Assembly: GCA_964398115.1 (NCBI GenBank)
Contig: CAYNLP010000002.1
Span: 36,724-81,003, forward strand
Direction: 5' to 3'
Origin: an uncultured Methanosarcinales archaeon
GTDB taxonomy: Archaea; Nanobdellota; Nanobdellia; Woesearchaeales; CAYNLP01
DNA length: 44,280 nt
Every line of letters begins with the position of its first letter. Position 1 is the stretch's first letter. The notes under the pieces were generated by a model. The model had not been told where the DNA came from, searched no databases, and worked only from the letters and a program-made list of their open reading frames with translations. Below, piece by piece: positions 1 through 9,023 of the stretch. A program made the position numbers and the translations under genes.

Positions 1-455
1 TCTTCTCCTTCAACGTCAAAGTATTCAAAGAATTTCTCTGCAAGTTTAAGCTTGTAAGTCCTTCCGTGTTTTTCCCTGTTCAAAAATCCCATTTCATTCA
101 ACATTTTAATATGTTGATAAGCATGATCTCCTCTAATATCTACAACTTCTGATTGTAAAACCGGTCTTTTCCAAGCTATTACGGCAAGTGTTTCAAGAAC
201 AGGCGTTTGCAATTCAGTATCCGCAACTATTTGCCTTACAAGCTCTTGATAATCTTGCTTCACACCCATCTTCCATCCTTTGGCAGTGTTGACAATAGCC
301 AAGGCACTTTCAGAATTAGTATAATCCTCCTGCAAATCCTCTAAAGCACTAGTTACTTCACTTTTACTCTCTCCAGTAAGGTTAGAAAGGTGATCTGCTT
401 TCATATACCTACCGCTTGCGAATAGCAATGCTTCAAGCTCGTTTTTTAGTGCCAT
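1..455 (-). CDS. scpB: SMC-Scp complex subunit ScpB (3' end outside window)
   Basis: Not in the ORF track. Manual translation from ATG at 455 gives MALKNELEALLFASG...LETLAVIAWKRPVLQSEVVDIRG...HIKMLNEMGFL...GRTYKLKLAEKFFEYF, the typical ScpB motifs. Confidence 0.93.
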   Translation of the reverse strand, partial: MALKNELEALLFASGRYMKADHLSNLTGESKSEVTSALEDLQEDYTNSESALAIVNTAKGWKMGVKQDYQELVRQIVADTELQTPVLETLAVIAWKRPVLQSEVVDIRGDHAYQHIKMLNEMGFLNREKHGRTYKLKLAEKFFEYFDVEGE

Positions 456-539
456 ATTCACTTCAATCATAGTTTACTATTAAAAGCTTTCTGGAGAGAA
501 TAGTAAAAAATTTATATGTAGAATCACGTAATCCCTGTT

Positions 540-974
540 ATGACGGTACTCAAACCTGAGAGGATGTCTGGTGGTTTCTTGCCCGAAAGAAGGCCCGGGG
601 ATAGGGAGAGAGAAATATGGCATGCTCTAACCTCTGAAATGAGGGAATTACGAAAGGAGGATTTGGAAAGTAGAATTTTAAACTCTGAAGAGGAACTGCA
701 GGAGTTTATCCCTGAAAACGATCGATACGGTCCAGTGAAAATAGTTAAGGAGGTTGAAGAGAGTCTTGGAGAAGAAGGTTATGTCGTTTATGGAAGAGAA
801 AACGATAATGATGGTACAATAGAACGTTTAGCGTACCAGTGCGGTCGTTCTGAAAAAATAATTGTAGCAAGTCCAAGAATAAGAGACTTTGGTAGAGGGA
901 GATTTGGAGGTTATAGAGTTGACTGTGTAAATTGCAGTGCGTTGTTAGAAACAAAAGACGGAGTAATCTATTAA
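540..974 (+). CDS. hypothetical protein, possible C-terminal Cys/Zn site
   Basis: 144-aa ORF with a TTTATAT box ~25 nt upstream. Its stop overlaps the convergent gene's stop (TTAA). Contains QCG...CVNC. Confidence 0.6.
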   Translation: MTVLKPERMSGGFLPERRPGDREREIWHALTSEMRELRKEDLESRILNSEEELQEFIPENDRYGPVKIVKEVEESLGEEGYVVYGRENDNDGTIERLAYQCGRSEKIIVASPRIRDFGRGRFGGYRVDCVNCSALLETKDGVIY

Positions 975-1567
975 TCTACTTTTTCGTATTGATTGTCATC
1001 TACGGTTAACTTGCCTTCATCAATTAACGCTTGGAAATACTCCCTCAAATTATCACTGTCTATACCGATTTGTTCTTCAATCTCTGCAGGTGTTTCATAA
1101 CCATTCTGTACACATATCAAAATACTATTCTTAACTAACCGATTAAAGTTTTTCATAAGCAACTTATTCCTAGAATTCATCTGCTTACTCATCTGACCCA
1201 CTTCGTGAAGTTTAGATAAGAAATCGTTTATCCAATCTTGAAGTTCTGGAGCTTTGAAATGAAAATCTACAGGCTCCATTATCTCCACGCTTGCAGGCGA
1301 GAAGTTGTAACACAACCAATTTAACTTGTTCAAGTCTTCAATTAGGATTTCAGTGTCTGCAAACGTGCTGAACAATCCTTCTTCAACTTGTTCCGGTTCT
1401 CCAAAGTCTTCACTTAACACTCTCAATTGTTCATCTGTTTTGATATTCTCTATATAACTTTTTAAGCTGTCTTCTACGTGGCTTTTTGGATTACCTACAA
1501 CTTCAAAGATTACATTTGCTCGAATCCAACCGTCGTCAATCTTTTCTTGAATCTCTTCCTCTTCCAT
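971..1567 (-). CDS. conserved-type archaeal hypothetical protein with C-terminal winged-helix-like segment
   Basis: Start moved to MEEEEIQ (ATG 1567) because TTTATAAA lies at 1591-1598 (leaderless spacing). C-terminus TPAEIEEQIGIDSDNLREYFQALIDEGKL is HTH-like. Confidence 0.7.
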   Translation of the reverse strand: MEEEEIQEKIDDGWIRANVIFEVVGNPKSHVEDSLKSYIENIKTDEQLRVLSEDFGEPEQVEEGLFSTFADTEILIEDLNKLNWLCYNFSPASVEIMEPVDFHFKAPELQDWINDFLSKLHEVGQMSKQMNSRNKLLMKNFNRLVKNSILICVQNGYETPAEIEEQIGIDSDNLREYFQALIDEGKLTVDDNQYEKVD

Positions 1568-3002
1568 ATCCACGAGGTAACCCACTCTCTTTTATAAAGT
1601 TTGCTTTAAGCTCAGATTCTTCAATGAAAGGATTAAGAGTTTCTTGACTAGGATTTCGAGTGTTCCAATAAACAACTCCTAGAATTATTAAAGATGCTAA
1701 AATGGAAGCACCGATTAAAAACGTCGCTGCAATATTTTTCTCTTCATAAATTTGTCTTGGTTGAACTTCACGTAAAGAAGAATTAAATTTTTCATCCTTA
1801 TGGACTTCTTCATTTAAAACTTTTACTTCTGACTCTTTTACCAATTTTTCAAACTCGACAACTAGCTTTTCTGAATCCAAAACTTCTCCTCTATAATTAA
1901 GAAGTTCCATCACGTACAGATTACCTCCGCGTTTCGCAGGAACAACAAAATCTAAAGTTTTAGAACCATTTACGATAACTGACTTGTTAATACTTCCTTC
2001 TTCAGTGGTTAATTGCATTTTGTAAATTCCAGAACCTTTTATCCGACTGTAAAGAGTTATTTCTGGATCGAACTTTCTTTTGCGAGTGTAAAAACTCTCC
2101 AAAGTTGCAGTTTTTTCTTCTTCACACTTTGGTTCTAAAACTTGTTCTTTTTCTTCTAACTGTCTTTCTAAATCTTTTATCTTTTCCTCGTACTCGAAAC
2201 AGGAGTTCTTTTTGCCCTCTCCGTTTTTTCCTTTTACGTAAACTATTTCAGAACTAGTCCTGTTAGCTATTGAACAATTTGCAGATAGTATTTTGTTTGA
2301 TATTATGAAAGCTTGTTCTGACTTTTCCAGTTTAGGAGTGAATTGTTTCTCATTCGTGTTCTCAGTGGTCTTTTTTCGTATTGTTTGCCCAAAAACGTCT
2401 TTCACTTGGTATTCGATAACTGCTTCAACATCTTCATTTAAAGTGTTTTTGAAATAGATAGTATCGCCTTCTTCGTACATTTTTTTCTCATTCTTTATTT
2501 CTAAATCCACCGATAAGTTACAAGCTCTAGTTTCATTATCTTCTTCGTGTTCAGTTCTTAAAAACGGATTTTTATTTTGAAATCCTGGTGTTCCATTACT
2601 AGGATAGAAAGTGTTATTCCAATACTCTACACCAACACCTGGACCGGTGTAATTCATTGAATCCACCTTTGTACCATTAAAATATAAGGCTATGGCGTCT
2701 CCTTCGTTTGACAATCCATTGCCTATAGTTGCTCCAACGCTATATATAGATGCATTAATACCTGAATGGTTGAATCCTTCCTCTACTATTAAAGCAAATG
2801 AACCATTCACGTATTTGATTTCTTGCAGAGAATCATTAGTGTTTAAATCAGAGACTACATATCCTGTTAGATTGTCAACTCCGTAAATCTCCACGTATTC
2901 CCTGTTGTTATCTGACCCTTCAGGATTATACATCACTTCGTTAATCCTTACTGCAGTGGTTAAAGAACTGCAAATCAGGAAAAATAAGATTATTCTTTTC
3001 AT
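1536..3002 (-). CDS. secreted, membrane-anchored lamin-tail-domain (LTD) protein
   Basis: Signal peptide, LTD signature VRINEVMYNP...EYVEIY...GLSNEGDAIAL, and a C-terminal TM helix. Confidence 0.8.
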   Translation of the reverse strand: MKRIILFFLICSSLTTAVRINEVMYNPEGSDNNREYVEIYGVDNLTGYVVSDLNTNDSLQEIKYVNGSFALIVEEGFNHSGINASIYSVGATIGNGLSNEGDAIALYFNGTKVDSMNYTGPGVGVEYWNNTFYPSNGTPGFQNKNPFLRTEHEEDNETRACNLSVDLEIKNEKKMYEEGDTIYFKNTLNEDVEAVIEYQVKDVFGQTIRKKTTENTNEKQFTPKLEKSEQAFIISNKILSANCSIANRTSSEIVYVKGKNGEGKKNSCFEYEEKIKDLERQLEEKEQVLEPKCEEEKTATLESFYTRKRKFDPEITLYSRIKGSGIYKMQLTTEEGSINKSVIVNGSKTLDFVVPAKRGGNLYVMELLNYRGEVLDSEKLVVEFEKLVKESEVKVLNEEVHKDEKFNSSLREVQPRQIYEEKNIAATFLIGASILASLIILGVVYWNTRNPSQETLNPFIEESELKANFIKESGLPRGYGRGRDSRKD

Positions 3003-3235
3003 ATGAGTTAATGTAAATACCGTTTTATTATTTTTATCGGAGATTTTTTTGGAATTCTTTCAATATTCTCAGAAAATTTTCCTTAGAATAAGGGTTGATA
3101 GAAATTCAAACTTGTTTTTTCTCCACTTAAAATTTTACGTATAAGAGAAAGTATTACTTTTCTTTCATTCCGACATAGTAACAAACATTTTTATATGACC
3201 AGGGGGTTATTCGAGAAAAAGGGGGTGTAAATAAT

Positions 3236-4384
3236 TTGGGAATATCAGATTTCTTAAATAAGACTTTCAAGAAAGACGACTCTTCTGATGACGACTCAAA
3301 AGGGGGGCCTCCAAAACCTCCAAAGAAACCATCTGATAGTCCTCCAACCCCTCCCAGAGACGAATCTAAAGATAGCGACATAAACATGCAACCTAACTCA
3401 AGAGACATACCACCAGAAGACTCTGATGATATGAATATGCCTGCCCCGCCAGGACAACAAGAAAAAGAAGAATCAGAACCAGAAACCTCTTCTAAATCCA
3501 AAGAAATGCCAACCCCTCCAGCACAAAAGGAAGGACAACCTGCGCCGAAGGAAGATTCTGATGATATGAATATGCCTGCTCCACCAGCGCAAAAACAATC
3601 ACCATCTCCTGAAGGACAAAAACCACAAGGACCTGGCAGAGCAGCTGGAAGAGAAGCCGGCTTATCAGGATCAGACACTCCACAACCACCTGCAGGTCAA
3701 GAAGGACCAGGATTAGACACTCCTAAACCAGCTGCAGAAGGAGAAAAATCACAAACACAAGAAACAGAAGATATGGGGATGCCAGAACCACCACAAGACG
3801 AAGGCGATATGAGCATGCCAGAAGCTCCAGGAGAGTCAGAAGAATTTGACCTTCCTGAATTCGACGAATCGGACTTAGAAGAAATAGAAAGGCAAGAAGA
3901 AATGGACTGGACAAGAAGTCCTGATGAAGAACCAGAAGAGCCTGAGCAGGAAGGTGAGCCTGAGATTGAAGAAGAGCCCGAACCTGAAGTTGAAGAGGAA
4001 CCCGAGCCAGAACAAGATGAAGAAGTCGAACCCGAAACAGAAGAAGAGCCTGAGCAGGAAGGTGAGCCTGAAATCGATGAAGAATCTGAAAGAACACTCG
4101 ACTTAGGAGAAGAAACGGACTCCGGACCAATGATAGAAAGAGCAGTACACAGCAAAGACGGATTATACGTCAAAGCTGAAAACTATGAAGACTTATTCCA
4201 ATCAATAGAAGAAATAAAACAAGGAGTAGACAAGCTTGAAGAAAGCGTCCACGACTTCCACACGTTAGATGAAGAACAAGATTCACATTACGATCACATA
4301 GCAAACATTTTGAAAGGAGTACAAGATCACATAGAAGATATAGATAACAGACTATTCGAGAAGGAGGGTACATCAAATGGATAA
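3236..4384 (+). CDS. Pro/Glu/Asp-rich disordered protein with C-terminal coiled coil
   Basis: TTG start 8 nt after GGGGGTG SD; TATA near 3190. Long low-complexity region, then GLYVK..Y plus heptads. Overlaps the next ORF. Confidence 0.8.
   Translation: MGISDFLNKTFKKDDSSDDDSKGGPPKPPKKPSDSPPTPPRDESKDSDINMQPNSRDIPPEDSDDMNMPAPPGQQEKEESEPETSSKSKEMPTPPAQKEGQPAPKEDSDDMNMPAPPAQKQSPSPEGQKPQGPGRAAGREAGLSGSDTPQPPAGQEGPGLDTPKPAAEGEKSQTQETEDMGMPEPPQDEGDMSMPEAPGESEEFDLPEFDESDLEEIERQEEMDWTRSPDEEPEEPEQEGEPEIEEEPEPEVEEEPEPEQDEEVEPETEEEPEQEGEPEIDEESERTLDLGEETDSGPMIERAVHSKDGLYVKAENYEDLFQSIEEIKQGVDKLEESVHDFHTLDEEQDSHYDHIANILKGVQDHIEDIDNRLFEKEGTSNG
3934..4071 (+). repeat. intragenic 30-bp direct repeat (3934-3963, 4042-4071); also duplicated EDSDDMNMPAPP coding block near 3416 and 3551
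   Basis: agaagagcctgagcaggaaggtgagcctga occurs twice, 108 bp apart. Confidence 0.9.
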
Positions 4385-4595
4385 CTCACCAATATTTGTC
4401 AAGATAGACGAGTACAAAGACATCTTAAACGTGGTAGAAGAAGTAAATGAGAAAGTCGACAGTATTAGAGAAAGCCTAGACGAAATCAAAGAAATAAAAG
4501 ATAAAGAAGACCAACAAATAAGAGATTGGAACAGCCAACTTGACAGAGTAACAGAAAAAATGGATTATATCAACGACACATTACAGGAGATGTAG
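4377..4595 (+). CDS. small coiled-coil hypothetical protein
   Basis: GGAGG SD. PIFVKIDEY plus heptads resembles the C-terminal domain of the upstream ORF. Confidence 0.8.
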   Translation: MDNSPIFVKIDEYKDILNVVEEVNEKVDSIRESLDEIKEIKDKEDQQIRDWNSQLDRVTEKMDYINDTLQEM

Positions 4596-4597
4596 AA

Positions 4598-5032
4598 ATG
4601 CCACAAGACGACCTATTTTTCACCACGGTAAAAAAGCCTCGTAAATTCCGTAGGAGACTACTAGAGTCGTCTAAAGACGTTATCAAAATCTTGAAAGACT
4701 ACCAAAGACTTCTAGAAATGAGGGAGAGAAAGAAAGAAAAAATAAAGAACTTAAAACAAGAATTTGCCGAACTCAACAGCTTAATGGAAGAACTAAACCA
4801 TTACTTGCCAGAAGAAAGCCTACAAAAACTACACGACTTAATGCCAGAAGAAGAACAACCAGAACCCGAGCCAGAGGAGCATCATGAACCCGAAGAGGAT
4901 GAAACAGAAGAAGAACCTGAAGAAACTCATGAAGAGGAAGAACCTGAAGAGGACGAAGAACCAGAAAATCCAGAAATAGCTAAGTTAGAAAACGCTCTCA
5001 GCAGCATAGATGAGAAGTTGAAGAACTTATAA
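4598..5032 (+). CDS. coiled-coil hypothetical protein with acidic Pro/Glu linker
   Basis: AGGAG SD, 2 nt after the previous stop. Basic N-terminal helix, EPE-rich linker, short C-terminal helix. Confidence 0.8.
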   Translation: MPQDDLFFTTVKKPRKFRRRLLESSKDVIKILKDYQRLLEMRERKKEKIKNLKQEFAELNSLMEELNHYLPEESLQKLHDLMPEEEQPEPEPEEHHEPEEDETEEEPEETHEEEEPEEDEEPENPEIAKLENALSSIDEKLKNL

Positions 5033-5071
5033 CTTTCTAACGCTTGTAAAGTAATTAGATAAGAGAAAGAA

Positions 5072-5094
5072 TTATTTATTGTCTATATTGAAAA
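5072..5094 (+). promoter_or_regulatory. dispersed intergenic motif, copy 1
   Basis: ttatttattgtctatattgaaaa, 22/23 identical to 36001-36023. Confidence 0.55.
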
Positions 5095-5149
5095 GAAATA
5101 GAAGTTAATTTTAAAAACAAATCAGAATTCGTAAAAACAAAAAGTACGC

Positions 5150-5276
5150 GCGGGTGTGCCGGAGTGGTCAAACGGACGTGGCTCAAGACAACTTGAGCTA
5201 TGAGGTCACCAAGACCGATGAATGTGAGTAACCACGGGGCTTAGTGCCTTCGCAGGTTCGAATCCTGCCACCCGCA
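5150..5276 (+). tRNA. tRNA-Leu(CAA) with 43-nt intron (5188-5230) at position 37/38; CCA not encoded
   Basis: Acceptor GCGGGTG/CACCCGC+A, anticodon stem CGTGG/CCACG, CAA at 5184-5186, long variable arm, T-arm GCAGG-TTCGAAT-CCTGC. BHB motif: CTCA/TGAG helix with AG|A and TA|A bulges. Confidence 0.96.
5188..5230 (+). ncRNA. tRNA intron; candidate minimal K-turn (box C/D-like) guide RNA
   Basis: CTTGAGC is antisense to the anticodon loop and is followed by ATGA-GGTC...GACC-GAT-GA-AT, which has K-turn geometry (see findings). Confidence 0.55.
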
Positions 5277-5320
5277 TTTTCAAGTAACTTTTATAAACTA
5301 AATAATTCTCTACGTCGAAT

Positions 5321-6637
5321 ATGGGACTTTCAGTAATACCAATCGGCGGATTCAAAGAAATAGGAAGAAATTCAGTGGCCGTAAGAGCAGACGATGAAGT
5401 AGTAATCCTAGACATGGGACTACAAATGGACACATACATAGAATACACCAGAGAAGAAAGAGAAAGTTTGGAAGTAACCCCTAAAAAACTAATGGAAATC
5501 GACGCAATACCCAACGTGAACATAATAAAAGACTTAGAAGAATTTGTCGAAGGAATATGCGTAACACACGCACACCTAGACCACGTAGGCGCAGTTCCAT
5601 TCCTAGCCGACAAATTCGGTGGTAACATCCACTGTACAGAATTTACCCAAAACTTGCTCAACAAGATGAGCGAAGAGGATGGAAAACACATACAGAAAGA
5701 CGTTCAAGCTCACGAAATAAATTCAACTTTTCAAATAAGCGACAAGTTAGAAATAGAATTCATACACGCTACGCACAGCACTCCTCAAACTGTTATGATT
5801 GCAGTCCACACTCCATATGGCACCGTCTTATACGCCCCAGATTACAAACTTGACAATGCACCAACACTCGGACCTAGAACCAATTATGAAAGGCTAGAAG
5901 AAATGGACGTAAAATGTTTAATTAGTGACGCTCTCTACGCCAACGACCCTATCAAGACACCAAGTGAAAGCATAGCCAAAGAAATGTTGAAAGATGTACT
6001 ATTAGGAACGAGTTCTGAAGACAAAAGCGTTATAGTCACAACGTTTGCCAGCCACATCGCCCGATTGAAAAGCATAATAGAAATAGGACAAATGATGAAC
6101 AGAAAAGTATTATTCATGGGCAGAAGTCTACACAAATACGTCACTTGTGCCGAACAAGCTGGACTAGTAAACTTCACAGACCAAGTAGACATTATAAAAT
6201 ACGGAAGTCAAATCAAAGACTGGCTAAACAATTGTCAAAACCCAGAAGATTACTTAATGGTAGTGACCGGTCATCAAGGAGAACCCAACAGCACCTTAGG
6301 TAAAATGGTGTACGGCGACCAATTCCACTTCGACTTTGAAGACCACGTAATATTCAGCGCAAGAGTAATCCCCGTAGAAATAAATGAACTAAACAGAGAA
6401 AAAATGGAAGAACAACTCCGAAGCAAACACGTACGAATCTTCAGAGACATCCACGTAAGCGGACACGGAGCTAAAGAAGACAACAGAGAACTCATACACA
6501 TGGTAGATCCAGAACACATCGTACCTACCCACGGCGACCTGAAAAGATTACAAGCGCAAAAAGACCTAGCACTCGAAATAGGATACAAGGATCAAAACGT
6601 ACACATCCTAGGAAACGGCGAAAGACTACAACTCTAA
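5321..6637 (+). CDS. rnj: ribonuclease J (beta-CASP metallo-beta-lactamase)
   Basis: GGFKEIGRN, THAHLDHVG, HST, FASHIAR, GHQGEP and HVSGH motifs. TTTATAAA at 5290-5297. Confidence 0.93.
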   Translation: MGLSVIPIGGFKEIGRNSVAVRADDEVVILDMGLQMDTYIEYTREERESLEVTPKKLMEIDAIPNVNIIKDLEEFVEGICVTHAHLDHVGAVPFLADKFGGNIHCTEFTQNLLNKMSEEDGKHIQKDVQAHEINSTFQISDKLEIEFIHATHSTPQTVMIAVHTPYGTVLYAPDYKLDNAPTLGPRTNYERLEEMDVKCLISDALYANDPIKTPSESIAKEMLKDVLLGTSSEDKSVIVTTFASHIARLKSIIEIGQMMNRKVLFMGRSLHKYVTCAEQAGLVNFTDQVDIIKYGSQIKDWLNNCQNPEDYLMVVTGHQGEPNSTLGKMVYGDQFHFDFEDHVIFSARVIPVEINELNREKMEEQLRSKHVRIFRDIHVSGHGAKEDNRELIHMVDPEHIVPTHGDLKRLQAQKDLALEIGYKDQNVHILGNGERLQL

Positions 6638-6719
6638 CTTTGTAAAATCGATGACCATTTAACAATAACATTTAAATATCGCTTTGATTTTCGCAAAAAG
6701 CAAGTGGGGGAACCAAAAC

Positions 6720-7457
6720 ATGAAACTTACTTTAGCCGAACCAAAACTGCTCAAAGATCCAATATCAATAATTAGCGACTTAGTCACAGAAGCACAATTC
6801 AAACTCACACCAAACGGTATGGAACTCGTCGCCATGGACCCAGCAAACGTGGCCATGGTCATATTCAAACTCTTAAGCAGTAGCTTCGTAGAATACGACG
6901 TTAAAGACGAACAAACAATAGCCCTAAATCTAAACGACTTAAAACAAGTATTGAAAAGAGCAGGAAGCAACGACAGCCTAATAATGGAACTAGAAGACGA
7001 AAAAGTAAAACTAACCATGAAAGGAACAGCAACGAGAACATTCCACCTACCACTCATTAACACAGACGACCGAAGCCAAAAAGTACCAGATCTCAACTTC
7101 AAAGCAACGGTTCAAACCAAAGCCGATATGGTAGATCAAGGAATTGAAGACGCAGACATCGTAGCCGAAAGCGTCTCCTTCATTGCAGAAGAAGACAAAT
7201 TCACAATAGCAGCAGCCGGAGACTTAAGCAAAGCCAACGCAGAAATCCCAGCAGACGAAGACACTTCCATCAAGACGGATGGTAAACAAGAAAGCAAGTA
7301 CTCAATCGAATACCTGAAGAAAATGATCAAAGGAAGCAAAATAAGCGACGAAGCAAAAGTAGAATTCAGTTCAGATTATCCACTTAGGTTAGAGTACTTG
7401 GAAAAAAACAAAGTACAACTCGCCTTCATCCTCGCACCGCGAGTAGAAAATGAATAA
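6720..7457 (+). CDS. pcn: DNA polymerase sliding clamp PCNA
   Basis: AMDPANVAMV, KYSIEYL, DYPL and C-terminal ILAPRVE. ATG at 6720 follows a GGGGG SD. Confidence 0.96.
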   Translation: MKLTLAEPKLLKDPISIISDLVTEAQFKLTPNGMELVAMDPANVAMVIFKLLSSSFVEYDVKDEQTIALNLNDLKQVLKRAGSNDSLIMELEDEKVKLTMKGTATRTFHLPLINTDDRSQKVPDLNFKATVQTKADMVDQGIEDADIVAESVSFIAEEDKFTIAAAGDLSKANAEIPADEDTSIKTDGKQESKYSIEYLKKMIKGSKISDEAKVEFSSDYPLRLEYLEKNKVQLAFILAPRVENE

Positions 7458-8928
7458 TTCTTATCATGAACTCATCCAACACTGGAAAGAAGCTACTATA
7501 CTAGCAAGTGCAGGAGCCGTTCTAGGATGGGACGAAAAAGTAATGATGCCAGACGGCGCACAACCAATACGTTCTAAACAACTATCCGTCCTATCAGGAT
7601 TTCAACACAAACTAGCAACAGACGAAAAAATAGGAAATCTTCTCGAAGAAATAAATGAAGACGAACTCGACGAAGAGGAAAAAGCTAACGTTCGAGAAAT
7701 AAAGTGGAGTTACCAAAGAGCAAAGAAAGTACCTAATGAACTCGTGAAACAAATAACAGAATTACAATCAAAAGCAGGACAAGTCTGGGAAAAAGCTAGG
7801 GAAGAGGACGATTTCGAAACTTTCAAACCATACTTGGAAAAAATGTTCAAACTGAAGAAAGAAATGGCAAAAGCCATAAATCCTGACAAAAATCCCTACC
7901 AAGTCTTACTAGAAGACTACGACCACGACTTAACCATAAAAGACATCGAACAATACTTCAATAACATTAAAGAAAAACTCAAACCCCTCATACAAAAAAT
8001 AAATGAAAAACAACTCGTAGAAACCGACATTTTAGAAAAAGAAGTTTCTGAAAATGTTCAAAAACAATTCCTTAAATACTTACTAAAAGAAATAGGATAT
8101 GACTTTTCAAAAGGCAGACTTGACGAATCTACACATCCCTTCACCATGCCTACACCAGAAGGAAGAATAACAACCAGGTTTGAAGGGAACTGGTTAGACC
8201 CAATAAGAACAACCATCCACGAAGCAGGACACGGAATGTACAACCAAGGACTTCCTCTAGAAAAATTCGGAACTCCAATAGGAGAAGAACCAAGCTTGAG
8301 TATACACGAATCACAATCCAGGCTTTGGGAAAATCACATAGCCAAATCAAAAAATTTTTGGAAAAAATACTTGCCAAAACTCAAAGAAAAATACAGCCTA
8401 GACTCTCTCACTTTACCACAAATGTATAAAATCATAAACAAGGTTGAACCAGGTCTTATCAGAGTGGATGCAGACGAGCTAACCTACAGCATGCACGTCA
8501 TACTAAGATTTGAAATAGAAAAGGCAGTGTTGGAAGAGAAATTAGAAGTTGAAGACATCCCGCAAGTTTGGAATGACAAGATGGAAGAATACCTAGGAGT
8601 AAGACCACCCAATGATAAAGAGGGGGTTTTACAAGACACTCACTGGGCGTGGGGACAAATCGGATACTTCCCAACCTATACCATAGGATCAATGACGGCA
8701 GCACAATTATTCAAAGCAGCAAAAGAAGATATACAAAACTTACAAGAAAAAATTGAAAACGGAGACTTCAAACCACTACGGAAATGGCTCTCTCAAAACA
8801 TATGGAAACATGGAAGCAAGTACAGAACCAAAGAGATGGTGAAACGCGCTACCCAGAAAGAATTAAGCTCTGACGACTATACTGAATACTTGACCACCAA
8901 ATACAAAAACCTATATGATATTGACTGA
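7450..8928 (+). CDS. carboxypeptidase, peptidase family M32
   Basis: HPF, RITTR, HEAGH, HESQSR, IRVDAD and GYFPTY motifs. Confidence 0.95.
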   Translation: MNNSYHELIQHWKEATILASAGAVLGWDEKVMMPDGAQPIRSKQLSVLSGFQHKLATDEKIGNLLEEINEDELDEEEKANVREIKWSYQRAKKVPNELVKQITELQSKAGQVWEKAREEDDFETFKPYLEKMFKLKKEMAKAINPDKNPYQVLLEDYDHDLTIKDIEQYFNNIKEKLKPLIQKINEKQLVETDILEKEVSENVQKQFLKYLLKEIGYDFSKGRLDESTHPFTMPTPEGRITTRFEGNWLDPIRTTIHEAGHGMYNQGLPLEKFGTPIGEEPSLSIHESQSRLWENHIAKSKNFWKKYLPKLKEKYSLDSLTLPQMYKIINKVEPGLIRVDADELTYSMHVILRFEIEKAVLEEKLEVEDIPQVWNDKMEEYLGVRPPNDKEGVLQDTHWAWGQIGYFPTYTIGSMTAAQLFKAAKEDIQNLQEKIENGDFKPLRKWLSQNIWKHGSKYRTKEMVKRATQKELSSDDYTEYLTTKYKNLYDID

Positions 8929-9023
8929 AAAACATGTTTTCAAGTATACCGATTATTCAACACAAAGACATTTAAAACCCGTGATTTTCTGCTCAAATAA
9001 AAGAGAACAGTGAGGGAGTAAAA

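Noticed and set aside
3400-4080. Possible CRISPR or tandem-repeat array
   Set aside because: The repeats are in-frame coding duplications with only two copies each and no repeat-spacer periodicity.
3154-4376. Several Ser/Leu-rich minus-strand and alternative-frame ORFs, plus similar antisense ORFs across the window
   Set aside because: They are shadows of Glu/Lys-rich real genes, with no independent motifs or start signals.
5150-5320. tRNA as an integration site of a provirus or island
   Set aside because: No integrase and no duplicated tRNA 3' end were seen in the window, and the flanks are housekeeping genes.
5206-5691. Minus-strand 161-aa ORF ending MRVAGFEPAKALSP
   Set aside because: It is an antisense read of the tRNA and the rnj 5' end.
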